Assembly (NCBI GenBank): GCA_965219085.1
Contig: OZ244720.1
Span: 3,008,001 to 3,072,000 of the forward strand
Direction of reading: 5' to 3'
From: Dehalococcoidia bacterium
GTDB lineage: Bacteria > Chloroflexota > Dehalococcoidia > UBA2979
Length of the DNA: 64,000 nucleotides
This document shows, one piece after another, positions 1-9,812 of this stretch; position 1 is the first letter of the stretch; each line of letters opens with the position of its first letter. The notes under the pieces are model-generated. The model was not told the DNA's origin and did not search any database. It worked only from the letters and a program-made list of their open reading frames with translations. Position numbers and translations under genes: made by a program.

Positions 1-571
1 GGCGCTCCTCGATGAGGACGCGTGCGCCAGCGTCGCCGAACGCGCGCCCAAGCATCGCCGCCTCGATTGCCGCGGCGGCTTCCTCGGTCGTATCGCAGAC
101 CACGACGCCCTTGCCGGCGGCGAGCCCGTCGGCCTTGACGACGCACGCCCCGCCCCGGCTGTGCGCGTAGGCGATCGCCTGGTCGAAGTCCTCGAACATG
201 GCGGCGCGGGCGGTAGGGATCGCTGCGCCGGTCATGAGCTCCTTCGCAAACGACTTCGACCACTCGATCTCGGCCGCCGCGCGCGCGGGGCCGAACACCG
301 GCACGCCCTCGTCGCTCAGCGCGTCGGCGACCCCGCGGGCGAGCGGCGCCTCCGGCCCGACCACGACGAGGTCGGCGCGCAGCCGCTGAGCCGCTGCAAC
401 GACGGCGCCGGGATGATCGATGTCGAGCGTGTCCAGGGTGTCGCCGTACTCGGCCATGCCGGGGTTGCCCGGCGCGCTCGTGAGCGCGCCGAGGCTCGGC
501 GACTGCGCGAGCTTCCACGCGATAGCGTGCTCGCGGCCTCCGCCGCCGAGGAGCAGGACGTTCGTGCTCAT
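1..571 (-). CDS. purD: Phosphoribosylamine--glycine ligase (5' part; runs off window edge)
   Basis: Manual reverse-strand translation from ATG at 571: MSTNVLLLGGGGREHAIAWKLAQSPSLGALTSAPGNPGMA, the typical PurD N-terminus; later VVGPEAPL, SKSFAKELM and VKADGLAAGKGV. Confidence 0.95.
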   Translation of the reverse strand, partial: MSTNVLLLGGGGREHAIAWKLAQSPSLGALTSAPGNPGMAEYGDTLDTLDIDHPGAVVAAAQRLRADLVVVGPEAPLARGVADALSDEGVPVFGPARAAAEIEWSKSFAKELMTGAAIPTARAAMFEDFDQAIAYAHSRGGACVVKADGLAAGKGVVVCDTTEEAAAAIEAAMLGRAFGDAGARVLIEER

Positions 572-602
572 CGACGGTGGGTCCAGCGTGCTCGCACTCG
601 TG

Positions 603-2294
603 CTACTCCCATTCGATCGTGCCGGGCGGCTTCGAGGTGATGTCGTAGACCACGCGGTTGACCTCGGGCACCTCGTTGACGATGCGGCGCGAGATCGTGG
701 CGAGGAGGTCGTAGGGGAGCCGCGCCCAGTCCGCCGTCATCGCGTCCTCCGCCGTCACGCAGCGCAGCGCGACGCAGAAGCCGTAGGTGCGGCCGTCGCC
801 CTGCACGCCGACGGTGCGGGTGTCGGTCAGCACGGCGAACGACTGCCAGAGGTCGTAGTACATCGCCGCGCCCTTGATCTCGTCCATCACTATCCAGTCG
901 GCGCGACGCAGGATGTCGAGCTTGGGCGGGGTCACCTCGCCAATCACGCGGATCGCGAGGCCGGGGCCGGGGTACGGCTGCCGAAACACCATCTCGTCGG
1001 GCAGGCCCAACTCGGTGCCGACGCGGCGTACCTCATCCTTGAACAGGTTGCGCAGCGGCTCGATGAGCGAGAGCTCCATGTCCTTGGGCAGCCCGCCGAC
1101 GTTGTGGTGCGTCTTGATCTTCGCCGTTGCGTTCGTGCCGGTGGAGGCTGACTCGATGACGTCGGGGTACGTCGTGCCCTGCACGATGTAGTTCACGGCG
1201 CCGATGCCGCGCGCCTGCTCCTCGAACACGCGGATGAAGGTCTCGCCGATGCGCATCCGCTTCGTCTCCGGGTTCGTCACCTCGGCGAGGTCGGCGAGGA
1301 AGCGCTCGGAGGCGTTGACGTGGCGAAGGTCGATCGACATGTGCTCGCGGAACGTCGAGACGACGCGCTCGGGCTCCTCGGCGCGCATCAGGCCGTTGTC
1401 GACGAAGATGCACGTCAGCTTGTCGCCGACGGCGGCATGCACGATCGCGGCTGCGACCGCCGAGTCGACGCCGCCGGAGAGCGCGCAGATCACGCGCCCC
1501 GTGCCCACCTGCCGCTCGATCGTGCTCACCGACTCGTCGATGAACGAGGCGGCCGTCCAGTCGCCTGCGCAGCGCGCGACCTCGAACAGGAAGTTGTGCA
1601 GCAACTGGCCGCCCTGCGGCGTGTGCACCACCTCCGGGTGGAACTGGATGCCGAGGTGGCCCGCCTCGTCGGCCATCGCGGCCACGGGCGAGTCGTCGGA
1701 GTAGGCGACGGCGCGGAAGCCCGGCGGCATCTCGACGATGCGGTCGGCGTGCGACATCCACACCGGCATGCTGGCCGGCAGGTCGTGCAGGAGCGGGTTG
1801 GTGGGCTCCGAGAGCGTGATCACGGCGTGGCCGTACTCGCGCCTCGACGCCGGGGCGACGCGCCCGCCGAGCGCCTGCGCGAGCAGCTGCATCCCGTAGC
1901 AGATGCCGAGCACCGGCAGCCGCGAGCCGACGACGTACGCGGGGAGCGTCGGTGCGCCCTCGTCGTACACGGACGCGGGGCCGCCGGACAGGATGAAGCC
2001 CCGGACCTTGAGATGCGACAGCTTCTCGGGCGGCGTGTCCCAGGGGACGAGCTCGGAGTAGACGCCGGCCTCGCGGATGCGGCGCGTGATGAGCATCGAG
2101 TACTGCGAGCCGTAGTCGAGGACGACGATGGTCTCGGGCGCGTTCGGGGCGGGCGTGAGCAACTGGCCCGGCTCGCGCGCCTCGGCGATCTCGAGGTACG
2201 TGCTGACCTCGCTGTCGCCTGACGTGCGGATACGATCGCCGGTGGGAGCGGCTGTTGGAGCAGCCAGTGGAGTCGCGTCGGTAGCCTCGGCCAT
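603..2294 (-). CDS. guaA: GMP synthase (glutamine-hydrolysing)
   Basis: [44 protein letters not shown] and C-terminal KPPGTIEWE; start set at ATG 2294 downstream of the promoter. Confidence 0.97.
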   Translation of the reverse strand: MAEATDATPLAAPTAAPTGDRIRTSGDSEVSTYLEIAEAREPGQLLTPAPNAPETIVVLDYGSQYSMLITRRIREAGVYSELVPWDTPPEKLSHLKVRGFILSGGPASVYDEGAPTLPAYVVGSRLPVLGICYGMQLLAQALGGRVAPASRREYGHAVITLSEPTNPLLHDLPASMPVWMSHADRIVEMPPGFRAVAYSDDSPVAAMADEAGHLGIQFHPEVVHTPQGGQLLHNFLFEVARCAGDWTAASFIDESVSTIERQVGTGRVICALSGGVDSAVAAAIVHAAVGDKLTCIFVDNGLMRAEEPERVVSTFREHMSIDLRHVNASERFLADLAEVTNPETKRMRIGETFIRVFEEQARGIGAVNYIVQGTTYPDVIESASTGTNATAKIKTHHNVGGLPKDMELSLIEPLRNLFKDEVRRVGTELGLPDEMVFRQPYPGPGLAIRVIGEVTPPKLDILRRADWIVMDEIKGAAMYYDLWQSFAVLTDTRTVGVQGDGRTYGFCVALRCVTAEDAMTADWARLPYDLLATISRRIVNEVPEVNRVVYDITSKPPGTIEWE

Positions 2295-2330
2295 CGAGCC
2301 CTGAGTGTGCGGGGAGCCCGTCGAGGCCAA

Positions 2331-2359
2331 ATCGTATCGGCGCGCTATAGTCCGGTCAA
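2331..2359 (-). promoter_or_regulatory. Sigma70-type promoter for guaA-purD
   Basis: Minus strand TTGACC-17 nt-TACGAT, 36 nt upstream of the guaA ATG. Confidence 0.7.
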
Positions 2360-2437
2360 CGAACGATATGCGTGAAGGGCGTGCAAGCGCGTGCACCCGC
2401 GACATAACAGCCGATGGGCCGCTGCCTCCCGCCGCCG

Positions 2438-3067
2438 ATGCATCCTGACACCGCAGTGACGATCCTCGGTCCCGAACACGTCAAGAAGATCGTGCGCGCG
2501 CTGCGCAAAGGCGAGGTCGTGGGCATCCCGACCGACACCGTCTACGGCCTCGCCGCCATGCCCAACGACGCCGAAGCGGTGAGCAAGCTGGCCGGGCTCA
2601 AGGGCCGCTCGGACCAGCAGCCGATCGCCGTCCTCTTCGACGACATCGGGGGCGTCGCGCCGTACGTCGAGGACTCCTCGGCGTTGGCCCGGCTGGCGCC
2701 GTTCTGGCCCGGCGCGCTCACCGCCGTCTTACGGGCGCGCGATGGTCTCGCGACGGGCGCGCTCACCCGGCTCGGGACGCTCGGCCTGCGCCAACCCGAC
2801 GATGACCTCGCGCGCTCGGTCATTCGGGCGTGCGGTGGTGCGCTGGCGGTGAGCAGCGCGAACCGCACGGGCGAGCCGCCCGCGCTGAGCGCCGCCGAGG
2901 TCGTCTCGGCGTTCGGCGAGTCGCTGCTCGTGCTCGACGGGGGCGAACGCCCCGGCGGGACCGCCTCGACGGTGGTCAACCTTGCGGTCGACCCGCCGGA
3001 GGTGCTGCGCGAGGGGCCGATCGACGCGGCCGAGGTGCTGGCCGCCCTGGCCGGAGGTGAGCGCTAG
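2438..3067 (+). CDS. tsaC: L-threonylcarbamoyladenylate synthase (Sua5/YrdC family)
   Basis: [36 protein letters not shown] motifs. Confidence 0.92.
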   Translation: MHPDTAVTILGPEHVKKIVRALRKGEVVGIPTDTVYGLAAMPNDAEAVSKLAGLKGRSDQQPIAVLFDDIGGVAPYVEDSSALARLAPFWPGALTAVLRARDGLATGALTRLGTLGLRQPDDDLARSVIRACGGALAVSSANRTGEPPALSAAEVVSAFGESLLVLDGGERPGGTASTVVNLAVDPPEVLREGPIDAAEVLAALAGGER

Positions 3068-3324
3068 CCTGCCGCCAGCAGGATCCCGGTGGCGATGCTG
3101 ATGACCGCGGTGAGAAACGCAGCGACAGCTCCAGCCACCGTGTAGAGGCGAACTGTTCCCCGCTGCTCGAGCGCGCGCAGTTCGCTCTGGAGCACCGCGT
3201 TCGTAACGAGGTCACCGGAGAGGCTGCCGGAGAACGCGGTCACGAGCGCGTCAGCCTGAGTCTCGTCGAAGCCAGCATCCCGGAGGTGTCGTGACGCCTT
3301 CAGCGTGTCGAACATCATCGCCAT
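3064..3324 (-). CDS. Small DUF1640/CCDC90-like coiled-coil protein with C-terminal TM helix
   Basis: FDTLKASRHLRDAGFDETQADAL pattern followed by a hydrophobic tail. Confidence 0.7.
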   Translation of the reverse strand: MAMMFDTLKASRHLRDAGFDETQADALVTAFSGSLSGDLVTNAVLQSELRALEQRGTVRLYTVAGAVAAFLTAVISIATGILLAAG

Positions 3325-3482
3325 GTATCGATCCTGCGTGCCGGTGGGAGCAGCCGCAGTGCAATAGTACCGCTCCAACGGTGAGGTGAGGTAGCGGCGT
3401 TCGCCGATTTGAGCGTCACCGACCGATCGGGGTGCTAGGGTGCGCGAGGCCGCCACGCTCCCGGTGACCGAGAGGTCCGCGC

Positions 3483-5168
3483 ATGAGCCTCCCCTCGATC
3501 GGTGACCTCCCGCTCCAGCAGCGACGCATCATCCGTGCCTGGTGCATGTACGACTGGGCCAACTCGGCGTTCGCGACCAGTCTCGCGGCCATCGTCCCCG
3601 TCTACTTCGTCTTCCTCTTCAAGGACGCCGTCGGCGAGGGCGGGACGGTCCTCGGCATCTTCACCGGGAGTTCGATGTGGAGCCTCGGGGTCGCGCTGTC
3701 GACGGGGTTCGTGGCGTTCTCGAGCCCCGTCATTGGCGTGATCGCGGACCGCGTGGCCATACGACGGGTGCTGCTGGGGACGTACACCACGATCGGCTCG
3801 GTCTTCACGGCGCTGGCGTTCTTCTCGCCGTTCGCGCCCGAGCCGTGGATCTGGATGTTCGTGACGTTCTCGGTTGCCAACGTCGGCTTCGTCGGCAGCC
3901 TCGTGTTCTACAACTCGTTCCTCCCACACCTCGGCCCGAGGCACCTGCTCGACGACATCAGCAGCCGGGGGTACGCCACCGGCTACCTCGGCGGCGGGCT
4001 GCTGCTCGTGGTGCACCTCGCGTTCATCCTCGCGACGCGGGACACGGACCTCGCCGACCTCACGACGCGCCTCGCGATCGTGTCGGTGGGTGTGTGGTGG
4101 TTCGGGTGGGCGATCTGGACGCTGCGGGTGGTGCCCGAGCCGCCGGTGCAGGGCTCCGAGGAGCGACTGACGCCCGTCTCGGCGGTCGCGATCGGGTTCC
4201 GGGAGCTGCGGCGGACGCTCGGCGAGATCACGCGATTTCGTGTGACGGTGGTGTTCCTGGTCGCCTACCTGCTGTTCAACGACGGGATCTCGACCGTGAC
4301 CGCGATCGCCGGCGCGTACGCCGCCGACACGCTCGCTATCCCCCTCGTCTTCAACATGGGCACGGTCGCCACGATCCAGTTCGTCGCCGTGCCCGGAGCG
4401 CTCGCGTTCGCGTGGCTCGCCGACCGCATCACGACGAAGTCCGCGCTCATCGTCGCGCTGGTGGCGTGGGTGGGCATCGTGCTGATGGGCGTCTCGCTCG
4501 CGCCGCTGCCACCGACCGAGCACGACGACTTCGACTTCCAGTTCGCCTACCGCGAGGCATCCGCCGACTACGTCGCCGAGGTGGCGCCGGACTTCGACGA
4601 CGGCTACGAGCTGCGCGGGCGCGACCAGTACTGGCGCATCGAGGAGGGCTACGCCTTCCGCACGTCGGCGATCGAGGGTCTGGCCCAGGCATTCCGCGAC
4701 ACTGACGATGTCGAGTACGCGGTGTCGATCCGCGGTGGGCCGCTCGACGGCGACTCGGGGGTCGGGGAGGCGCACCCTTCGGTCCTGGGCGACGGGCCGG
4801 TCGACTGGTGGCCGTTGCTGGCGCGGGACCTGGCGTGGGAGCCACTGGGGCTGGGCGTCGGGCCGCAGTGGCTGCTGCTCGGCGTGATGGTGGGATGGGT
4901 CATTGGCGGCAGCCAGGCGCTGGCGCGCAGCCTGTTCGCGCAGATCACGCCCGAGCGCCGCAGCGGGGAGTTCTTCGCGTTCTTCGGGTTCATCGGGCGC
5001 GCCTCGTCGGTGTTCGGGCCGACGATCTACATCGCGGCGACGGCGCTGTTCGACACGCGCGTCGCGGTGATGTCGATCCTGTTCATCATCGTCGCCGGGA
5101 CCATCGTGTTGCGGTGGGTGGACGTGGACGAGGGCGTGCGCATCGCCGCCGAGGAGGACGCGCGGTAG
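3483..5168 (+). CDS. MFS transporter, UMF1/ATG22-like family, with a large soluble insertion
   Basis: AWCMYDWANSAF, FYNSFLP, ISSRGYATGYLGG, GGSQALARSLF and SGEFFAF motifs. Confidence 0.9.
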   Translation: MSLPSIGDLPLQQRRIIRAWCMYDWANSAFATSLAAIVPVYFVFLFKDAVGEGGTVLGIFTGSSMWSLGVALSTGFVAFSSPVIGVIADRVAIRRVLLGTYTTIGSVFTALAFFSPFAPEPWIWMFVTFSVANVGFVGSLVFYNSFLPHLGPRHLLDDISSRGYATGYLGGGLLLVVHLAFILATRDTDLADLTTRLAIVSVGVWWFGWAIWTLRVVPEPPVQGSEERLTPVSAVAIGFRELRRTLGEITRFRVTVVFLVAYLLFNDGISTVTAIAGAYAADTLAIPLVFNMGTVATIQFVAVPGALAFAWLADRITTKSALIVALVAWVGIVLMGVSLAPLPPTEHDDFDFQFAYREASADYVAEVAPDFDDGYELRGRDQYWRIEEGYAFRTSAIEGLAQAFRDTDDVEYAVSIRGGPLDGDSGVGEAHPSVLGDGPVDWWPLLARDLAWEPLGLGVGPQWLLLGVMVGWVIGGSQALARSLFAQITPERRSGEFFAFFGFIGRASSVFGPTIYIAATALFDTRVAVMSILFIIVAGTIVLRWVDVDEGVRIAAEEDAR

Positions 5169-5185
5169 GCACCGAAGTAGACGGA

Positions 5186-5283
5186 CGAACCGCGTATCCT
5201 GAGGGCGGTGGCGCTGGAGGACGGTGAAGACGATCCTCAACGCGTTGCTCGATAGGAACTTCCGAAGGGCAGGCGCGTCATGA
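5186..5283 (+). pseudogene. Remnant C-terminus of a DUF4258/RelE-like toxin gene
   Basis: EPRILRAVALEDGE, then a frameshift into TILNALLDRNFRRAGAS*; no start codon; stop overlaps the DUF2283 ATG (ATGA). Confidence 0.5.
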
Positions 5284-5467
5284 AGGTCACGCATGATCCC
5301 GAGACCGACATGATGTACGTCGAATTCGAGGATCGGCCGAGCCTGAGTCGTTTGAACTGTGCGACGGGATTGTGGTCGATCTCGACGCCGGCGAGCACGT
5401 CATTGGCATCGAGGTGGAGTGGGCGTCGCGCAAGCTCAACGTGGAGCGACTCAAGGGCAGCACTTGA
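5280..5467 (+). pseudogene. DUF2283 putative antitoxin, frameshifted near 5345
   Basis: MKVTHDPETDMMYVEF continues in another frame as FELCDGIVVDLDAGEHVIGIEVEWASRKL, completing a DUF2283-like domain. Confidence 0.7.
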
Positions 5468-5525
5468 GTCGGCGGCCGCCGCCCGCCGGGCGTGAGTACG
5501 CGCGGCTCGCTATCATCGCCGCACC

Positions 5526-6296
5526 ATGGGATTCATCCACGACCGACTCGACATGTCCGGCCGCGTCGCCATCGTCACAGGCGGCGGACGTAACCTCGGG
5601 CGCGGCATCGCGCTCGGCCTCGCCGACGCAGGGGCCGCGGTCGTCATCGCTGAGATCGACGAGGACACCGGCCCGGCGATGGAGCGAGAGCTGCGCGACG
5701 CCAGCCACGACGCGCTCTTCATCCACACCAACGTCCGCGACGCTGACTCCGTCGAGGCGCTGATTGCAGGCGCCGTCGAGCGCTTCGGGCGGCTCGACGT
5801 GATGGTCGCGAACGCCGGTGGCATGTTCCGCGCGGACGCGCTCGACATCTCGAAGCGCGGGTTCGAGGCGGTGATTGACCTCAACCTCATCGGCACGTGG
5901 CTCTGCGGAACGGCCGCCGCCCGCGCGATGATCGAGGGAGGGCGCGGAGGCAGCATCGTAAACGTGTCCTCGCAGAACGCGCTCTACGGCGCGCTGGGCG
6001 GTGCGCACTACGGTGCTGCCAAAGCCGGCATCCTCGGCCTCACGCGCTCCGTCGCCGCCGAGTGGGCCGAGCATGGCATCCGTGTCAACGCCGTCGCGCC
6101 GGGCGGCCGGCAGGCGCGGGCGGGCTCCGCCCCCGAGGCGGGGCAGCTCGTCGGAGGCGGCGAGCCCGAGTACATCGAGAACGTCGCCGCGGCGGCGGTC
6201 TACCTCGCCTCGGACCTCGCGAGCTGGGTGACCGGCCACACGCTCGTCGTGGACGACGGCGGCACGTTCACGAACGCCGCGCCGCGCGGCGCGTAG
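5526..6296 (+). CDS. Short-chain dehydrogenase/reductase
   Basis: TGGGRNLG, VANAG, YGAAKAG, RVNAVAPG, VTGHTLVVDDG. Confidence 0.93.
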   Translation: MGFIHDRLDMSGRVAIVTGGGRNLGRGIALGLADAGAAVVIAEIDEDTGPAMERELRDASHDALFIHTNVRDADSVEALIAGAVERFGRLDVMVANAGGMFRADALDISKRGFEAVIDLNLIGTWLCGTAAARAMIEGGRGGSIVNVSSQNALYGALGGAHYGAAKAGILGLTRSVAAEWAEHGIRVNAVAPGGRQARAGSAPEAGQLVGGGEPEYIENVAAAAVYLASDLASWVTGHTLVVDDGGTFTNAAPRGA

Positions 6297-6360
6297 GCGG
6301 ATTCGACGCAACCCGGCCCCCCGCGAGCCGTACCGTTGTGTGGAGTACGATCGGCGGGTT

Positions 6361-8736
6361 GTGATAGCCGCCATTACACAGCTGCGCTCACTCACCGGCC
6401 TCGCCGCGGGGGCCATGCGCGCGCTCGCCGTCGCGAAGAGCGGGCGGGCGAACCCGCGGGTCTCGGGTCGGTTGCGCGTCGGCGGCATCGACGAGGTCGT
6501 CACGATCACGCGCGACCGCTTCGGCATCCCGCACGTCGAGGCCTCCACCGATGCGGGCGCCGTCTTTGGGCAGGGCTTCGCGCAGGCCCACGACCGGCTG
6601 TTCCAACTCGAGCTGTTCCGGCGCGCCGCCTCCGGGCGCCTCGCCGAGGTTTTCGGACCCCGCGCGCTGGACGCGGACCGCTTCGCGCGGCGGCTCGCGC
6701 TCCAGGGCCTCACCGAGCGCGACCTCGAGGCGGCGAGCGCCGAGGCGCGCGTGCTGCTCGAGGCGTTCGCGAACGGCGTCAACGCCGCCATCGCCACGCT
6801 GCGGGCCCTCCCGCCGGAGTTCGCCATCACCGGGGCCGATCCCGAGCCGTGGCGCGCCGAGCACTCGCTGCTCGTCGGGCGGCTGCTCATGCTCGGCTTC
6901 TCGCCGAACTGGGACGCCGAGTTGCAGCGCGATCGCCTGGTCAAGGCGCTGGGGCCAGAGCGCGCCGCGCTCGTCGACATCCCCTACCCGACCGATGCCC
7001 CGACCACGACCGGCCAGCCGTACGAGGGCACCCTTGAACGCCTGCTCGGCGCGTACGGCAACATCGAGGCGGCCGGGGTGCCCGCGGGTGGCGCCTCGAA
7101 TGCATGGGCGCTGGCGGGCTCGCACACGCGCACGGGCGCGCCGCTGCTCGCCTGCGATCCACATGTGCGCGCCGGGGTGCCGAGCCTGTTCCACGTAGCG
7201 CACATCCGTGGCGGCGACCTCGACGTGATCGGCGCGAGCGTGCCCGGCGTGCCCGGTGTCGTCATCGGCCACAACCGCGACGTGGCGTGGGGCATGACCG
7301 CCGGACTGGCCGACGTCAGCGACTGCTACATCGAGGAGTTCGACCCCGCAGACCCGGAGCGCTACCGCACCCCGGACGGGTGGGAGCGCGCTCGCACCCG
7401 TACCGAGCGCATCGAGGTGCGCGGCGGCCCGCCGATCGACGAGACGATGATCGAGACGCGCCACGGTCCGGTCGTCGGGCCCGGGCTGCCGGGCGAGGAG
7501 CGCGCGATCGCGCTCCGCTCGACGGCCCTCGAGGCCGGTGAGACCGTCGGCCCGCTGCTCGATGCGAACCGCGCGCGCGACGCTGCCAGGTTCGAGTCGG
7601 CCATCGCGCGCTGGCCCGGGGCCACGTTCAACTTCGTGTTCGCCGACCGGGACGGTGCGATCGGCTACAGGCTCGCTGGTTCCATTCCTCGCCGCGTCGA
7701 GGGTCAGGGCCTGGCGCCCCAGGACGGCGCGACTTCTCCGGGGCCGCCTGAGCTGCTGACGGCCGAGGAGATGCCGCACCTCCTCGACCCCCCGAGCGGG
7801 GTCATCGTCTCGGCGAACCAGGCGCCCGGCGGCCCGCTCGAACTGGGCGAGGAGTGGATGGAGAGCTATCGCGCGGAGCGGATCAGCACGCTCCTCGCCG
7901 CCCGCGGCGACCACACCGTCGCCTCGTGCCAGGCGATCCAGTCCGACCTCCACAACGCGGGGCTGGTGGCGCTGCGCGACCTGCTGCTGGCGCGCAACGT
8001 GGTTGCCGCCGACGAGGTGCGAGCAGAGCTCGAGGGGTGGGACGGGCAGGTCGCAGCCGCGAGCGCTGGAGCGGCGATCATGGAGACGGTCTACCAGCAC
8101 GCAGCGCGCACGCTCGCTACGCGCGTGGCCGGGACGATGTCCGACATCGTGCTGGGCCGTGGGCTGGGCGCGCCGGCCGGCGAGGACTCGAGGTTCCACT
8201 ACCGGCTGCAGGGCCGCATCGTGGCTGCGCTCGCCGCCGCCGAGGGGCCGTGGTGCGACGGCGAGGAGGACCGTGACCGCGTGCTGCGCGCGGCGACCGA
8301 GCAGGCGCTCGGCGAGCTCCGGGAACGCCTCGGCGACTCGCCCCGCGAGTGGCGCTGGGGCGCGCTGCGCTCGTCGCGGCAACCGCACCCACTGGGCGGT
8401 GTGCCGGGACTCGGCCGGGCGTTCGCGGTCGGCCCGAACGAGATGCCGGGCGACGTGAACACGGTGTGGCAGGGTGGCTACTCGGTGCATCACGGCCCTG
8501 AAGCGCCGGGAGGCTTCTCGCCCGGATACCGCCAGGTCATCGACCTCGCGAACTGGGACCTCTCGACGTTCCAGATGCCCGCGGGCAACTCGGGCATCCC
8601 CGGCCACCCGCACTACGGCGACTGCGCGGCCGAGTTCTTCGAGGGGCGGCAGCGCCCGTTGCTCTACTCGCGCGAGGCGATCGCGGCGAACGCAGAGGGT
8701 ACGCTGGTGCTCGAACCGATCGGGGTGCGCCGATGA
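6361..8736 (+). CDS. Penicillin acylase family Ntn-hydrolase
   Basis: RDRFGIPHV, GFAQAHDRLFQ, GASNAWAL (catalytic Ser), DPH, TRHGP, GNSG.PGHPHY; start uncertain (6340-6415). Confidence 0.92.
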   Translation: MIAAITQLRSLTGLAAGAMRALAVAKSGRANPRVSGRLRVGGIDEVVTITRDRFGIPHVEASTDAGAVFGQGFAQAHDRLFQLELFRRAASGRLAEVFGPRALDADRFARRLALQGLTERDLEAASAEARVLLEAFANGVNAAIATLRALPPEFAITGADPEPWRAEHSLLVGRLLMLGFSPNWDAELQRDRLVKALGPERAALVDIPYPTDAPTTTGQPYEGTLERLLGAYGNIEAAGVPAGGASNAWALAGSHTRTGAPLLACDPHVRAGVPSLFHVAHIRGGDLDVIGASVPGVPGVVIGHNRDVAWGMTAGLADVSDCYIEEFDPADPERYRTPDGWERARTRTERIEVRGGPPIDETMIETRHGPVVGPGLPGEERAIALRSTALEAGETVGPLLDANRARDAARFESAIARWPGATFNFVFADRDGAIGYRLAGSIPRRVEGQGLAPQDGATSPGPPELLTAEEMPHLLDPPSGVIVSANQAPGGPLELGEEWMESYRAERISTLLAARGDHTVASCQAIQSDLHNAGLVALRDLLLARNVVAADEVRAELEGWDGQVAAASAGAAIMETVYQHAARTLATRVAGTMSDIVLGRGLGAPAGEDSRFHYRLQGRIVAALAAAEGPWCDGEEDRDRVLRAATEQALGELRERLGDSPREWRWGALRSSRQPHPLGGVPGLGRAFAVGPNEMPGDVNTVWQGGYSVHHGPEAPGGFSPGYRQVIDLANWDLSTFQMPAGNSGIPGHPHYGDCAAEFFEGRQRPLLYSREAIAANAEGTLVLEPIGVRR

Positions 8737-9779
8737 CGACTTCGCCGGCAGGCCTCGAGGCGCGGATGCGCGAGTATCGTCCGCGTGTCGACGCGGAGAT
8801 GCGCGCCGTTGTCGGTGACGACCCGGCCGGGCTGTACGCGTGGATGCGCTACCACCTCGGCTGGGAGGATCGCGAGGGGACACCCACGAGGCGCGGCCCC
8901 GGCAAGATGCTGCGCTCGACCGCGCTGCTGCTCGCGGCCGAGGCCTGTGGCGGCGAGGTAGAGCACGCGGTTCCGGCCGCGGCTGCCGTCGAACTCCTCC
9001 ACAACTTCTCGCTCGTACACGACGACATCGAGGACGACAGCGACACGCGCCGCGGGCAGGCGGCGCTGTGGACCCTCGTCGGGTTGGCGCAGGGCATCAA
9101 TACCGGCGACGGCATGTTCACGCTCGCGCGTGTCGCCCTGCACCGCCTGCCGGCCGCGGGCGTCGCGCCTGCCGTCGCGTTCGCAACCACCGAGGAGCTC
9201 GATCGCGCCTGCATGCGGCTGATCGAGGGGCAGTACCACGACATCGCCTTCGAGACGCGGGCGAGCGTCGACCGCGACGAGTACCTCGCGATGGTCGAAG
9301 GCAAGACGTCGGCGCTGTTCGCTGCGTCGGCGGCGATGGGGTCGTTGATCGCGGGCGCGCCGCCGGAGCGCGTCGATGCGCTGCGGGAGTGGGGCCGGCA
9401 GATCGGCCTGGCGTTCCAGGCGGTCGACGACCTGCTCGGCATCTGGGGCGACCCCGCGGTGACGGGCAAGCCCGTCGGCGACGACGTCGCCGTGCGCAAG
9501 CAGACGTTCCCGGTGATCGCCGCGCTCGCCTCGGGGAAGGCGCCGGACCTCGAAGCCGCCTACCGTCGCAACGGGGACGGCGAGGCGGTCATCGCCACGC
9601 CCGACATCGCCGCGCTGACCGCGGAGATCGAGGCGTCGGGAGCACGTGCGACGACCGAGGCGCTGGTGCGCGAGCACCGCGCGCTCGCCGACGCCGTCCT
9701 CGCCGCCTCGGGCCTCAGCGCCGAGGCGCGCGCCCCGTTCACGGAGTACGCCGACCTGGCGACCGCCCGCGAGGCATAG
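8733..9779 (+). CDS. Polyprenyl diphosphate synthase (GGPP synthase-like)
   Basis: GKMLR, HNFSLVHDDIEDDSDTRRG, EGQYHD, GKT, FQAVDDLL. Confidence 0.93.
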   Translation: MTTSPAGLEARMREYRPRVDAEMRAVVGDDPAGLYAWMRYHLGWEDREGTPTRRGPGKMLRSTALLLAAEACGGEVEHAVPAAAAVELLHNFSLVHDDIEDDSDTRRGQAALWTLVGLAQGINTGDGMFTLARVALHRLPAAGVAPAVAFATTEELDRACMRLIEGQYHDIAFETRASVDRDEYLAMVEGKTSALFAASAAMGSLIAGAPPERVDALREWGRQIGLAFQAVDDLLGIWGDPAVTGKPVGDDVAVRKQTFPVIAALASGKAPDLEAAYRRNGDGEAVIATPDIAALTAEIEASGARATTEALVREHRALADAVLAASGLSAEARAPFTEYADLATAREA

Positions 9780-9812
9780 CCCGCGGCGGGCCGACGCGCA
9801 TATGATCGGGCC

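Noticed and set aside
2239-3352. 12-bp match GCCGGTGGGAGC at about 2239 and 3340
   Set aside because: Short and GC-rich, with no extension; likely chance
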